A DNA stretch of 64,000 nucleotides from NCBI GenBank assembly GCA_951406725.2, contig OX597818.1, positions 88,412,001 through 88,476,000 of the forward strand. Reading direction: 5' to 3'. The DNA is from Octopus vulgaris (Eukaryota). The notes below the pieces were generated by a model. The model was given only the letters and a program-made list of their open reading frames with translations, was not told the origin of the DNA and did no database searches. Below are positions 29,742 to 42,600 of the stretch, piece by piece. Every line of letters begins with the position of its first letter. Position 1 is the stretch's first letter. The translations under genes and the position numbers were made by a program.

Positions 29742-29879
29742 GAAATCGACCACGGCGGAATTTCAGCTCCGAACATAAAGACAGACGAAATGCCGCTAAA
29801 CAATAGTGCCTGACGTGCTAACAATTCTGGCAGCATGTTGCCTCAATAACAGTAGTAATGGTAGTAATAATAAGAATGA

Positions 29880-30700
29880 TTTCAAATTTTGGCTCTAGGC
29901 CAGCTATTTTGGAGGAGGAGGCTAGTCGATTGCGTCGACCTCAGTGGTTCAACTGATACCTGTTTTATCGACTTCGGAAGGATGAAAGGCAAAATCGACC
30001 TCGGCACAATTTGAACACAACATAAAGACGGAATGCTGCTAAGCATTTTGCCCGCCTTGTTAATGATTCTGCCACCTCGCCGCCTTAGTCTTAGTAGCAT
30101 AATTATAATAATGGGCAGCTTGAGGGAGGGGATTAAGTCGATTATAGCGACCCCAGTATTTCACTTGTACTTAATTTATCGACCTTGAAAGGATGAAAGG
30201 CAAAGTCGACCTCGGCGGAATTTGAACTCAGAAAGTAGCAACGGGCGAAATACCGTTAAGCATTCGGTCCAGTGTGCTAACGATTTTTTTTCTACATTAG
30301 GCACAAGGCCCTAAATTTTGGAGGAGGGGGCCAGTCAATTAGATCGACCTCAGTACACAACTGGTACTTAATTTATCAAACTCGAAAGGATGAAAAGCAA
30401 AGTCGACATCGGCGGAATTTGAATTCAGAACGTAAAGACAGACAAAATACCTACTTCTTTGCTACCCACAAGGGGCTAAACACAGAGAGGACAAACAGGA
30501 CAGACAAACGGATTAAGTCGATTATATCGATAAATCAAGTACCAGTGACGCACTGGTGCGTCACTGTTATTTAATTTATCGACCCCGAAAGGATGAAAGA
30601 CAAAGTCGACCTCGGCGGAGTTTGAACTCAGAACGTAAAGACAGACGAAATACCGCTAAGCATTTTGCCCGGCGTGCTAACGTTTCTGCCGGTTCGCTGC
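29880..30700 (-). mobile_element. Chain of SINE family B copies, including a dimer at about 30290-30700
   Basis: Repeated ggatgaaaggcaaagtcgacctcggcggaatttgaactcagaa-like segments. Confidence 0.85.
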
Positions 30701-30719
30701 CATTGTGTAGTGTAATTCT

Positions 30720-31130
30720 CTTTTACTTGTTTCAGCCATTTGACTGTGGCCATGCTGGAGCACCGCCCTTTGTCGAGAAAATCGACCCCAGGACTTATTC
30801 TTTGTAATCCTAGTACATATTCTATCAGTCTCATTTGCCGAACCGCTAATTACGGGGACGTAAACACACCAGCATCAGTTGTCAAGCGATGTTAGTGGGG
30901 GGGGGGGGGGCAAACAGAAGCACAGAAACCCATACATACTCACATACATATATATACATACATGCATACGACGGGCTTCTTTCAGTTTCCGTCTGCCAAA
31001 ACTACTTACAAGGCTTTGGTTGGCCTGTGGCTATAGTAGAAGATACTTGCCCAAGGTGCCATGCAGTGGGACTGAACCCGGAACCATGTGGTTGGTAAGC
31101 AAGCTACTTAACACACAGCCACTCCTTATA
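30720..31130 (-). mobile_element. SINE family A, near full length
   Basis: High similarity to 45075-45475 and 11750-12130. Confidence 0.9.
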
Positions 31131-31334
31131 GATTTCAAATGTTAGTACAAGGCTAGCAATTTCGGGCAAGGTCGATTACATTGACCAGAATATCCAACTC
31201 GTTCTTATTTAATTAGCCCCGAATGGATGAAAGGCAAGTCAACTTTAGTGGAGTTTGAACTCGGAACGTAAACGCGGACGAAATGTCGCCTAGCATTTTG
31301 CCCGATGTGTTAAAGATTCTGCAGCCTCACCACC

Positions 31335-31590
31335 TTAGTAGTAGTAGTAGTGGTAGTAGTAGCAGCAGCAACAACAGTAGTAGTAGTAGTTGTTGTCGTA
31401 GTAGTAGTTCTTGTAGTAGTAGTAGTAGTAGTTCTTGTAGTAGTAGTAGCAGGAGCAGTAGTAGTAGTAGTAGTAGTAGTAGCAGCAGGAGAGCAACAGC
31501 AGCAGAAGTAGTAGTAATTGTTGTAGTAGTAGTTGTTGTAGTAGTAGTAGTAGTAGTAGTAGCAGCAGTAGTAGTAGTGGTAGCAGCAGT

Positions 31591-31622
<32 letters not shown>

Positions 31623-31640
31623 TAGTAGTAGTAGTTATAA
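31335..31640. repeat. (AGT)n/(AGC)n trinucleotide repeat
   Basis: Directly visible. Confidence 0.95.
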
Positions 31641-31768
31641 TAATATAACAATACATTTATATAACCACATACGTCGCTTTGACTTTTACACAAACATAAA
31701 GGCTTCTGCAAGCTCAAAGGAGTGTATGCGCGCGTGTGTGATTGTGTGTACGTGTGTGCGTGTGTGTG

Positions 31769-31820
<52 letters not shown>

Positions 31821-32776
31821 TGCCTGTACGTTTCGGTTTACGTGTGTATCTGTGATGCTGTAGAGGCGACAGCACCCGCAAAGTGCTCGCCAGGCTGCCT
31901 GACATGCAAGAAATACGGTTGGGAATTTTTTCTTTCTGTGTTTCTGGGTGCACTGAACAAGAACAGATGTTAAGAAGGTGCAGTCTTTAACAGATGCACC
32001 GGGTGACAGGCAGTAGCATAACACGAGTGCATCTGCTAAGTTCAACATATACACGTCCATACGTCACTCATTAGCACTTTTGCCGGAACACACACACGTA
32101 CGCACACACAGACATAAACACACAAACACACACAGATACGTGCGCGCACGTGTGTTCTGGCAATGTCTCATTCCAGCTGCCATTCCTAAATATAAAAGAG
32201 ATAATAGAGCCAATATACAAACGCGCGAGCACTTCACACAAACACACACACACACACACATACACACACACACACACACAGACATATATATATATTTATT
32301 TATATACTCATACGCGCGAACATAGACGCATACACACGCACACGCCGCGCACACACATACACATACACACATATATCCATGCTACACATGTATACATCCA
32401 TGCACGTATGTTTATCTATCAGTGTGTGCTCATGTGTATGTGTTTGTGAGTGTGTGTGTGTGTGTGATGTATGAATATATACACATGTGGGTGTATATAT
32501 TAATACACATACTCACACACTCACACACACATACAGACAGACAGACACACACACACAAATACATGTGCGTTTGTGATTATATACATATGTGTGTAGGTAA
32601 TTATATATGCGTAAGTATCTATATACATATCTTTGTATACATTATATACATACACATATAAATTTGTATTTGTATATATGTAGGTGTACATATGTATGTG
32701 TGTGCATATAAATATGTATGTATACATACATATATATATATATATATATATGTATATGTGTACATATACATATATA

Positions 32777-32826
<50 letters not shown>

Positions 32827-32833
32827 GACATAT

Positions 32834-32866
<33 letters not shown>

Positions 32867-32948
32867 CATACAAACATACATATATATATATACATACATA
32901 TATATATATATATATATATGTCTGTATGTATATATATGTATATATATG

Positions 32949-33047
<99 letters not shown>

Positions 33048-33269
33048 TCGCATTTGTGTATGTACTTTTGTAACTGTGTGTTTATCTGTGAGCGTGTATC
33101 ATTTATACGCATATATGCTGGTCTTTGAGAATGGTGTGATTATTTCTGCACCAGCATACGAATATACGCATGCCCGTGTCTTTAAAGGCAAAGCAACTGT
33201 TCGGAACTTAATGTCCATCAATGTTAATTAAGAGGAAAGAACATTGATTGATTTTATCTGATGGGAATT

Positions 33270-33385
33270 AAATGAGTCACTTCCGGTTCCTTTTTGATAA
33301 GTGTCCCGTGGTGACAGGGACCCTTAATTCGGAGCTAATGGAACTGAAGCGTAAGACTTTCGGTATACCACAGACAGCTGTCTTA
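33270..33385. promoter_or_regulatory. Candidate enhancer-like motif cluster
   Basis: AP-1 TGAGTCA 33273-33279 overlapping ETS ACTTCCGG 33279-33286; GATA TGATAAG 33295; E-box CAGCTG 33375. Confidence 0.25.
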
Positions 33386-33523
33386 CTGAGTGAATAATAT
33401 CTTATCCATTATTCTCTGTATAGTCATACATGCATATGTACAAGTATATATCCATATACTTACATACATTCGAGCATGCATACATACAGACGTGTGTATA
33501 TGCATGCATATGTGTGTGTATGA

Positions 33524-33566
<43 letters not shown>

Positions 33567-33609
33567 AAGAGAGGGAGAGGGAGAGAGAGAGGTAGATGGA
33601 TAGATAAAT

Positions 33610-33711
<102 letters not shown>

Positions 33712-33804
33712 ATATACATACATATATTTAGATATATACAAAAGTACATACATACGCACCCTCATATACACAAAAGCATATATACACTATTGCATCGACA
33801 TATA

Positions 33805-33975
33805 CATGGTCTGATTAATAAGTATCCGAACTGTTGCCATAGTAAGGAAGCTAAAGCATGCAGAGTAAAGCCGCTTGGCACAGATTGACCTTGACCTCTG
33901 CCGTGCATGCGCACGAAGTTTTACCGTTCTAGCTCACTTCGGCTGATTACAGCAGTGCTTGGATGGGAGGTATGT
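33805..33975. mobile_element. One end of a mariner-like DNA transposon or MITE
   Basis: TA|catggtctgattaataagtatccgaact resembles mariner-type TIR starts; partner TIR not seen. Confidence 0.35.
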
Positions 33976-34197
33976 GAAACAAGCCTCTTACCCACTTAAC
34001 CAGGTCAAGCTTACGACAGAAATTCACCCACATAAAAAGATAAAACTCTGGAATTTACAGAGACAGACCCACATCTGCCCTCAAGCATACAGACAGACAG
34101 ATGGATGTGGTCGCGCGCGGGCATATACAAGCGGATAACCGCTTCACTAGGCCCTGCAACTCTAATAGGCTGAATGATTTGCGCATACCCCAAAACC

Positions 34198-34485
34198 CAA
34201 TGGCCCAGTGGTTAGGGCAGCGGACACGCGGTCGTAGGATCGCGGTTTTAATTCTCAGACCGGGCGTTGTGAGTGTTTATTGAGCGAAAATACCTAAAAG
34301 CTCCACGACGCCCCGGTGATCCCTGCTGTACTCTTTCACCATTCTTTCTCCCACTCTTTCTTCTGTTGGCCTGCTCGCTTAGCCAGCGGGGTGGTGTCGT
34401 TCAAAGGCTAAAACAACGCGAACGCATTGTGACCAGCGATATGTAACAACATCTGATGGTCTGGTCGGTCACGTGATCACGTGAT
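34198..34485 (+). mobile_element. SINE family C (tRNA-derived, possibly tRNA-Arg-related)
   Basis: A-box tggcccagtggttagggc, degenerate B-box, gtcacgtgatcacgtgat tail. Confidence 0.7.
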
Positions 34486-34721
34486 ATAAAAGAATAAGAT
34501 AAAGTATTCTCAAGAAGTATCAAGGAATTGGTTCTATGTTTTTTATTTCCAACTCTTCATCTCTGGATAATTTCACTATTTATTTATGACATTATTGTCC
34601 ATTCATTCCTCCATCAGTCCATCCATCCATAGATCCATCCATCCATCCATCCATCCATCCATACATGCATACATACATAATACATACATACATACATACA
34701 TACATACATACATACATACAT

Positions 34722-34985
34722 AGGAGCACTCTGTCGGTTACGACAACGAGGGTCCCAGCAGATACAATCAACGGAACAGCTTGCTCGTGAAATTAATGCG
34801 CAAGTGACTGAGCAATCCATAGACATGTGTACCCCTAACGTAGTTCTCAGGACGATTCAGCGTGACACAGAGTGTCACTTTTGAAATACAGGTACAACTC
34901 ATTTTGCCCTCTGAGAGGACTGGAGCAACGTGAGATAAAGTGTCTTGCTCAAGCCGAATGCCCTAACCACTAAGCCAGGCGCCTT
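34722..34985 (-). mobile_element. SINE family D
   Basis: Head ggcgcctggcttagtggttagggc; cttgagcaagacactttat...ttgctccagt core; homologous to 40013-40325. Confidence 0.75.
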
Positions 34986-35014
34986 CACACATACATACAT
35001 ACATACATACATCT

Positions 35015-35460
35015 TCTCTGCTCACTTTTCCTGCGATAATTGTGAGGGTAGAATAGGCAGGCAACCTTTATTAGACATTCCGGTGGGATTTCCAACCGTG
35101 ACCACCTGAGACTATGGATATTATCCAACCATCTCGCTCTTTGTCTACTGCGGGGTCTCCTACAGGTTGGTTCGGCTTGAAGAATCTGTCTTGTGATTCT
35201 TTCCTGAGACATTCTAATCACATGTCCAAAGTACCAGAGCCGTGGACGTCTCAATAGGACAGAATAACGAGTAAAACTGGAGAGAATTCCTGACTTCCGA
35301 GCTACGTACCCTGTCGAGTAAAGTTATTCCAGAAATCCTTCGGGGAAGCCCCATTTCGGTCGCTTGCATTCGCGATCTTACTTTTTCTCTCATTATCCAA
35401 GATACATGACCATACGTAGGAACAGTTACGAAAACCATATTGAAGACAGCCAGTTTGTCT
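35015..35460 (-). mobile_element. RTE-clade LINE C-terminal fragment (pseudogenised)
   Basis: TYGHVSW, ATEMGLPRRISGITLLDRVRSSEVR, YFGHVIRM, RRPRSRQRARWLD. Confidence 0.85.
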
Positions 35461-35742
35461 ATTTTACCAGTCTGTCATCTTCTGAGGATTACATACTAGG
35501 ACCAGTACTTCACTTGGAATTCATACATCAATTTCAAAACTAGTGGTATTAATTGAAAGGTTAGTAGTGTTCTGTATTATTTTATGTGTTCATATTGAGT
35601 TGTGGAAGATATTTATTGATGAAAGTTGCCTCTCTATTCATTCTTTGTTGTACTGAGGTGTTCTGTGAACATTGATAGAAGTGCAAAATTAGAAATTAGA
35701 ATTAAGATTCCTAGCACAACTTTCTATGTGTTCATTGACCTG

Positions 35743-35792
<50 letters not shown>

Positions 35793-35799
35793 TATGTTT

Positions 35800-36172
35800 T
35801 CCAGTTTCAGCTCTTGAGCTGTGGCCATGCTGGGGCACATATATATTCTTTTAAATATTTCCGTCATTTAACTGCGGCTGTGTTGGAACACCGCCTACAT
35901 GTACATATACATACATATATATTATATATATATACATATACATATATAATATATATATGTGTGCGTATGTGTGTGTGTATGTGTGTGCGTGTATGTGTGT
36001 GTGTGTATGACGGTCTTCTTGCAGTTTCCGTTGACCAAATCTACTCACAAGGCTTTGATCAGCCCGTTGATATAGTAGAACACACTTGCCCAAGGTGCCA
36101 CGGAGTGGGACTGAACCCGGATCCATGTGGTTGGTAAACAAACTACTTACCACACAGTCACTCCAGCGCCTA
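35800..36172 (-). mobile_element. SINE family A, rearranged or partial
   Basis: cacttgcccaaggtgccacggagtgggactgaacccgg head with 3' fragments. Confidence 0.75.
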
Positions 36173-36600
36173 TATATATATATATAAGTATTTTCTCATC
36201 CGGTTTCTTCTCCGTCTTCAGTACAAAATGCCTGCAATCACATCTGTACAATCGCCAAGAAATACAGATTAAAACATGCAGGGTGCGAGGATCCCCCTTA
36301 TTAAAATGTATTGCGGCTGTTCGCATTTATTTCCATCTATGTTTTTCACTAAAAATAATTTAGTCCAACAGACAATTTATAATAGCTTTCTACATATAGT
36401 AGATATCTACCTACATGAATTCGTGGTAATAATAATAATACTCTTTTGTCCGTTCTTGGATGTCGTACTCTTTATACTTTCATTAAATTTTCGTGTTTGC
36501 CTGTCTAGTCTTACTAATTAATTTAGCTTCCAGTTATCAGTTTTCATAACTATAACTTATTAATGGAACAGCCTGAGTATTGATGTTTATTAACTTACCA

Positions 36601-36604
<4 letters not shown>

Positions 36605-36663
<59 letters not shown>

Positions 36664-36704
36664 GTTATTATTATTATTATTGTTGTTGTTGTTGTTGTAA
36701 TTAC

Positions 36705-36767
<63 letters not shown>

Positions 36768-36820
36768 CATCGTTATTATTATTATTATCGTTATTATTAT
36801 TATTATTATCATCATCATCC
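36605..36820. repeat. (ATT)n microsatellite
   Basis: Directly visible. Confidence 0.97.
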
Positions 36821-36934
36821 ATATAGCTTTGATTTAAGTATTAATCTAATGCGTCTATACCATTCCTTTCTACCATTTTCTTTCATGTGAGCACAATTGC
36901 ACTCCGTCTAGTCCATAATGCCATATATAAATAA

Positions 36935-37124
<190 letters not shown>

Positions 37125-37427
37125 GTATATGTATATACATACACACATATGTATGTATGCATGTATGTATGTATGTACGTATTTATGTATACACACATAC
37201 GCACATGAATATATATAAGTCTCTGTCTGATGTAATTTTCTTATCTCTATTTCATTATACACCATAGCATTTCTGTCTTGATTTTATTAAAATTTTTTTT
37301 TCCACTTTGCAACCTTTCTTTTGGTGTATTTTATCAAAATGGATTCCATTCCACTTCTATTACTGAATCGGTGAACTTTATGTAACTAAGTTGTCATCTA
37401 TAATGTGCAACTTGGTTTCACCACATT

Positions 37428-37942
37428 CACACACACACACACACGTAAAGCACACACACACACACACACACACACGCTCGCACACGTACAAGCACAACAC
37501 ACACGCTTGCACACGTACAAACACACACACACGCTTGCACACGTACAAACACACACACACACACTCACTAACACACATTAACACACACACTCTAACACGC
37601 ACACACACTAACACACAATAACACATACAATAACACATACACTAACACATACACACTAGCACACAAACACACACTAGCACACAAACACACACTAGCACAC
37701 AAACATACTAACACACATGCACACACACACACACTAGTATACGTAAACATACACACACACATGCACGCACACACACAAACACACACGCACACGTACAAGA
37801 ACACACACACTAACACACACATGCACCAGCACATATACACACATACACACTAACACACACATTCGCACACACACACTAACACACATACACACTAACACAC
37901 GCACTCACACCCACACGCACACCCACACGCACACTAACACAT
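37428..37942. repeat. CA-rich degenerate minisatellite with 20-bp subunits
   Basis: acacacactagcacacaaac repeated three times around 37650-37705. Confidence 0.85.
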
Positions 37943-39083
37943 AAAGAGCCTGTTCTACTGCGATCTTTTATCGTCCATCTTTTACTTGTTTTGGATTACG
38001 GTCATAAGGCAAACAATTTGACCCTAGCACTTCTTTCTTTTCTTCGTTTTTTTTGAGGGGGGCAGGGTGTATTTACTCTATCCAGTTACTTTTATAGAAA
38101 GTAACTGCTAAGTTATGGGGACGTAAACCCGTTGTCAAGTTGTAAGAGAAGGTGATGAGTGAATTAGCGGTAAACGAGGCTACATTTAAAGTCTTACTCA
38201 AGACATTGTTGATGGGTACAAGTACGTGAATCTGTATAAAAATTACGGATCCACGCTGTATGGTTATATTAGAACGGGCAATAGTCAGTGCATTCCGGGT
38301 AGCTGAGCAGTGTGAGTGATCCCTATTGCGCGTTTATGCTCTACAAGCAGAACATTCGACTGATGGCTGAGACGTGTTACCAAAGATCAATCCACGAAAG
38401 TGTAACATGGTTCACAGTGGAATGCACCGTGTTATCCAGGATCAGTGAAGAACGAATCAACGGTAAGTGAGGCTACATTTATTACGTATTGGAAACTGAA
38501 TGGTTGGAAGATAGTTGAACGGATCATACAATGAAAGGAAATATAAAAGCGAAGCCTTTCTTATCAAAAGAGGAGTGTTCTAATGAAACTTCCTCGTCAC
38601 GCAAAATGAGGGTAGCTTTAACCAGGCGTAGGCATGACTGTGGGTAGGATTGGCGTGGGTGTTTGGTTAAAATCTCACTTTGTAACCACGGAGTTTCGGG
38701 TTTGGTGTCACTGCGCGGCATCTTGGGTAAGTGTCTTCTACTAGAGCTCCGAGCTAACCAGTGCGTTGCGGGTGGATTTGGTAGATGGAAACTGTGTGGA
38801 ATCCCGTCATGTACAAATGTATGTGTGTATGTGTGTATTTGCCACCTTCTATTACAACCTGTTACGCCTTTCGTAGCTTTATCTTTGATAACACGTGTCA
38901 GCGATTAGTGGAAGGTCGTGCTTGTACAGTATAAATGCGCCACAGTGATTACCCACGATGCTCACCTACCCAGATTGCACTGACTACCGTCTGTATTAAT
39001 ATGCTCGTATTTCAAAGATGCGTATTTTTCATCGGATTTACGTATTCTTAGCCATCAACAAAGGCCTGGTTGTAAGACTTTAA

Positions 39084-39457
39084 CCCTTCAGTATTCAGGT
39101 TATTCAGCCAAACGTAATGCTTTTTCATTCAGATTGTAATTAATCATGCTTTATTTTGTAGCTTCAAAATTTTGATGATGTGATAGTATATTTTTAGAAT
39201 GGCACTGAAGCGTAAGTGTGATAGGCTGGATCTGGCTACTAAGAAAATGAAACAGGTAGCACATTTGGGTCAGATATGGCCATTATGGGTGATCACTGCA
39301 GAGTGTTTATGCTGTAGAAGCAGAAACTTCGACTGATCACTGACACGTGTTATCAAATATCAATCTAAGAAAAGCATAATATGGTTCACAAAAGCGTAAT
39401 ATGGCTCACATGTTTTCCTGGATCACTGATGAATGAATCAGTTTAAACGCTAAAGGG
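39084..39457. mobile_element. piggyBac-like MITE
   Basis: TTAA|cccttcagtatt ... aacgctaaaggg|TTAA: imperfect TIR, CCC/GGG ends, TTAA TSD. Confidence 0.6.
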
Positions 39458-39622
39458 TTAAACTGCATCCGGTAGTGGGGGGGGGGGCTTTGTAATGTAA
39501 TGGTCTTGAACCACCTCTTAGTCACTGTTGTTTCCAGGTATACTTTGACCCGGAGTAGCAACAACTGTTAAGGTCCCGGCTACAGGTTAAGTAGCATGTG
39601 TGCTGTAGGATAGATGGAGCGC

Positions 39623-39791
39623 GTTACGTTCTGAGTTCAAATTCCGCCGAGGTCGACTTTGCCTTTCATCCTTTCGGGGTCGATAAATTAAGTACCAGTT
39701 ACGCACTGGGGTCGATCTAATCGACTTAATCCCTTTCTCTGTCCTTGTTTGTCCCCTTTATGTATAGCCCCTTGTGGGAAATAAAGAAATA
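39623..39791 (+). mobile_element. 5'-truncated SINE family B with Tx1-like tail
   Basis: Near-consensus core and tail ending aataaagaaata. Confidence 0.85.
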
Positions 39792-40012
39792 TGAAACGTG
39801 GAAATAATCCAGAAAGTACTTGACGGTGGAAGTTTCGTTGCTATGGACCGCGAGTTGATGTCAAATGAGTCTAATATTCGTTTCATTTACAGTGTGTTAA
39901 GATGATTCAATTATCACTGTCTTTTAGTTCCTCTCCCCGCAATAAATGAGGACAAAGGTATTTACCATACTCATTGCTAATAATGCTTCCAGAATCTATA
40001 GCTTAAAAACAC

Positions 40013-40325
40013 TGTGTTAAAAGTATTCGGATCAAAATCGTGTGGTCGTGAGTTCGATTCCTGGCGGCGCTTTGTGACCTTGAGCAAGACGCTTTATTTC
40101 ACGTTGCTCCAGTTCACTCAGCTGGCAAAAATGAATTCTACTTATACTTCAAGGGGCCAGCTTTTCCACATTCTCTGCAACGCTGATTCTCCCTGAGAGC
40201 TATGAGAGTTACGTTAAGAGCACGCGTATCTATGGAATTGCTCAGCCACTCGTACATTAATTTCACGAGCACGCTGTTGTATTGATCGGATCACTGGAAC
40301 CCTCATCGTTGAAACCGTCAGATGT
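40013..40325 (+). mobile_element. SINE family D
   Basis: B-box gagttcgattcc; ccttgagcaagacgctttat; homologous to 34722-34985. Confidence 0.75.
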
Positions 40326-40404
40326 TGTACAGTATTTGATATACCTGTATTTGTCTCGTAACATTACAACAAGTTTTATTCTTTTTTTATTTACTTACAA
40401 TCAT

Positions 40405-40619
40405 CCTTTTCTACTCGAGGCAAAAGATCCGAAATTTGTGGGGAGGGGGCCAGTCTATTAGATCGAACCCAGTACGCAACTGGTACTTAATTTATCGACT
40501 CCGAAAAGATGAAATGCAAAGTCAGCCTCGGCGGAATTTGAACTCTGCACGTAAAGGCAGATGAAATACCGCTAAGCATTTTGCCCGGTGTGCTAACGTT
40601 TGTGCCAGCTCGCCGCCTT
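40405..40619 (-). mobile_element. SINE family B monomer (alternative tail)
   Basis: Full head, core and ccccacaaatttcgg...agtagaaaag tail. Confidence 0.85.
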
Positions 40620-40820
40620 ATTTACTTACAACCATCGGCGCAGGAGTGGCTGTGTAGCAACACGTGATTCCCAGTTCAGTTCTACTGCGTGACACTATGT
40701 GCACGTGTCTTCTACAATAGCCTCGAGCCGACTAAAGCCGTGTGTGGGGATTTGGAACAGAAAATGAAAGTAGCTCGTCGTATGTATGTATGTATGTATG
40801 TATGTTTTTATGTACGTATG

Positions 40821-41672
40821 TCATTATTCAATTTTATTTCAAGATTTCTTGCCAATTGAGAAAGAGCCGCTTTCTAAGCAAGACCCGAGGCTCCTTCATT
40901 GGAATTTCAACATCAGCAATAGAAGACTTTTGTTTGCATGTATGTATGTATATGTGCAATTTTGCATGTTTTGTTTATGCATGTATTCTCATGCATATAC
41001 CTGAATATCTAGAAGTGCTCACATATATTTAAATGATAAACTTCTGGAAAGTTTTACAGATATTTACAGTTCCTATGATGGATTGGATCTGTAGCCTTTG
41101 AATTAGCTGTCTCCCTTCTGGTTTTGAGAACCCTAATTTCTCAAGATTGGTATTTAGGCAGTGTATTACATATCCCAGGGCCCCAATAATTACAGGTATA
41201 AACCTGAACTTAATAGTTCAGCATAGGTATTCTCTTTTCACTGTTCTTTAGCTTCATGTTAACATCCGTTGGGCAGCTAATTTCCACAGTTTCTCTTCTC
41301 TATTCTAAAACATTATATATCTGATCTATTGTGCTTACATTTTATTGAGGTTTTCACTGGGACATTCCACCACTACTCCTTTTTATTATGAGTGGCTATG
41401 GCTTCTACCAAACTGTGGGTTCTTATTTCTTTGTCCTCGGAGTTATTCCTCCGACAGATTACATTATAAAGTGTCCAAGCTACAACATCATGTCTCATCG
41501 GTAGATATAACCGTGATGACTTTTTCGGACAACTGTTATTGATATGCGTGATATCTTCGGTGTTAACTCCACAAAGTCTGCATCGGTTGTCACATTTAAC
41601 TGCTTTTCCTGCATCTCTATCCCTTTTGTGCATCAGGTTTTTGGTTGATATTGCCTGTCCCTGGACTGCAAG
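40821..41672 (-). mobile_element. R4/Dong-like restriction-like-endonuclease non-LTR retrotransposon, 3' fragment
   Basis: CRLCGVNTEDITHINNSC CCHC knuckle and RHD motif, then decayed endonuclease and 3'UTR; TATG repeats on both sides. Confidence 0.85.
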
Positions 41673-41691
41673 CGCAGTATGTATGGACGCA

Positions 41692-41755
<64 letters not shown>

Positions 41756-42104
41756 TGTATGTATTGCATGCATGCATGTATGTATGTATGTATGTATGTA
41801 TGTATGTATGTATGTATGTATGTATGTATGTATGTATGTATGTATGTGTCCATACATGACTGTGTGTATGAGTTTGTGTTTGTCTTTATGCTAGTGTTTG
41901 TCTTCCACAGTTTCTCGACCGGTGTTGTTTTGTTTAATTACATGTAACTTAAAAGTTCGTCAAAATAAGACCAATAGAACAGAATTAAAAAATAAATACT
42001 GGTATCGATCTGTTCGACTGAAATTCCAAGGCGGTTCAATGAGTGAAACGATAAACGCTTACATCCTATTCTGAAGTAACACATGCACTTAACAAAATAC
42101 TACA

Positions 42105-42600
42105 TTCAAATTTTGGCACAAGGCCAGAAAATTCGGCCCTAATCTTCAACTGGTACTTAGGATGAAAAGTCGACCTCACCGGAATTTGAACTCAAAACGT
42201 AAGCATTTTGTTCAGCGTGCTAACGATTCTACCAGCTCATCGTCTTAGCATACGAAAATATTGATTTCCAATTTTTGGCACAAGGCCAGTAAGTTCGTGG
42301 GAAGGAGCAAGTCTTTTACATCATCCCCAGTGTTTAACTGGTACTAATTTTATCAAGTCAGAAAGGATGAAAGGGAAAGTCGACTTCGGCGGAACTTGAA
42401 CTCAGAACGCGAAAACGGACAAAATACTGCTAAGCATTTAGCCCGGCGTACTTAGCAATTCAGGCAGCTCGCAGCCTTATCTTACCAAAATATTGGCTTC
42501 AAATTTTGGCTCAAGACCTAAGATTTTGGGTGAGGGAGCTTGTCAATTATATCAACTCCAGTTGATATAATTGACTGCTACTTATTTCATCGACCCCCGA
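42105..42600 (-). mobile_element. Three adjacent diverged SINE family B copies
   Basis: Each begins aaattttggc(a/t)caag and carries core and head remnants. Confidence 0.75.

Noticed and set aside
31860-31920. CSPGCLTC furin-like cysteine motif as a possible exon
   Set aside because: Single short motif, weak splice signals and no supporting neighbouring exons
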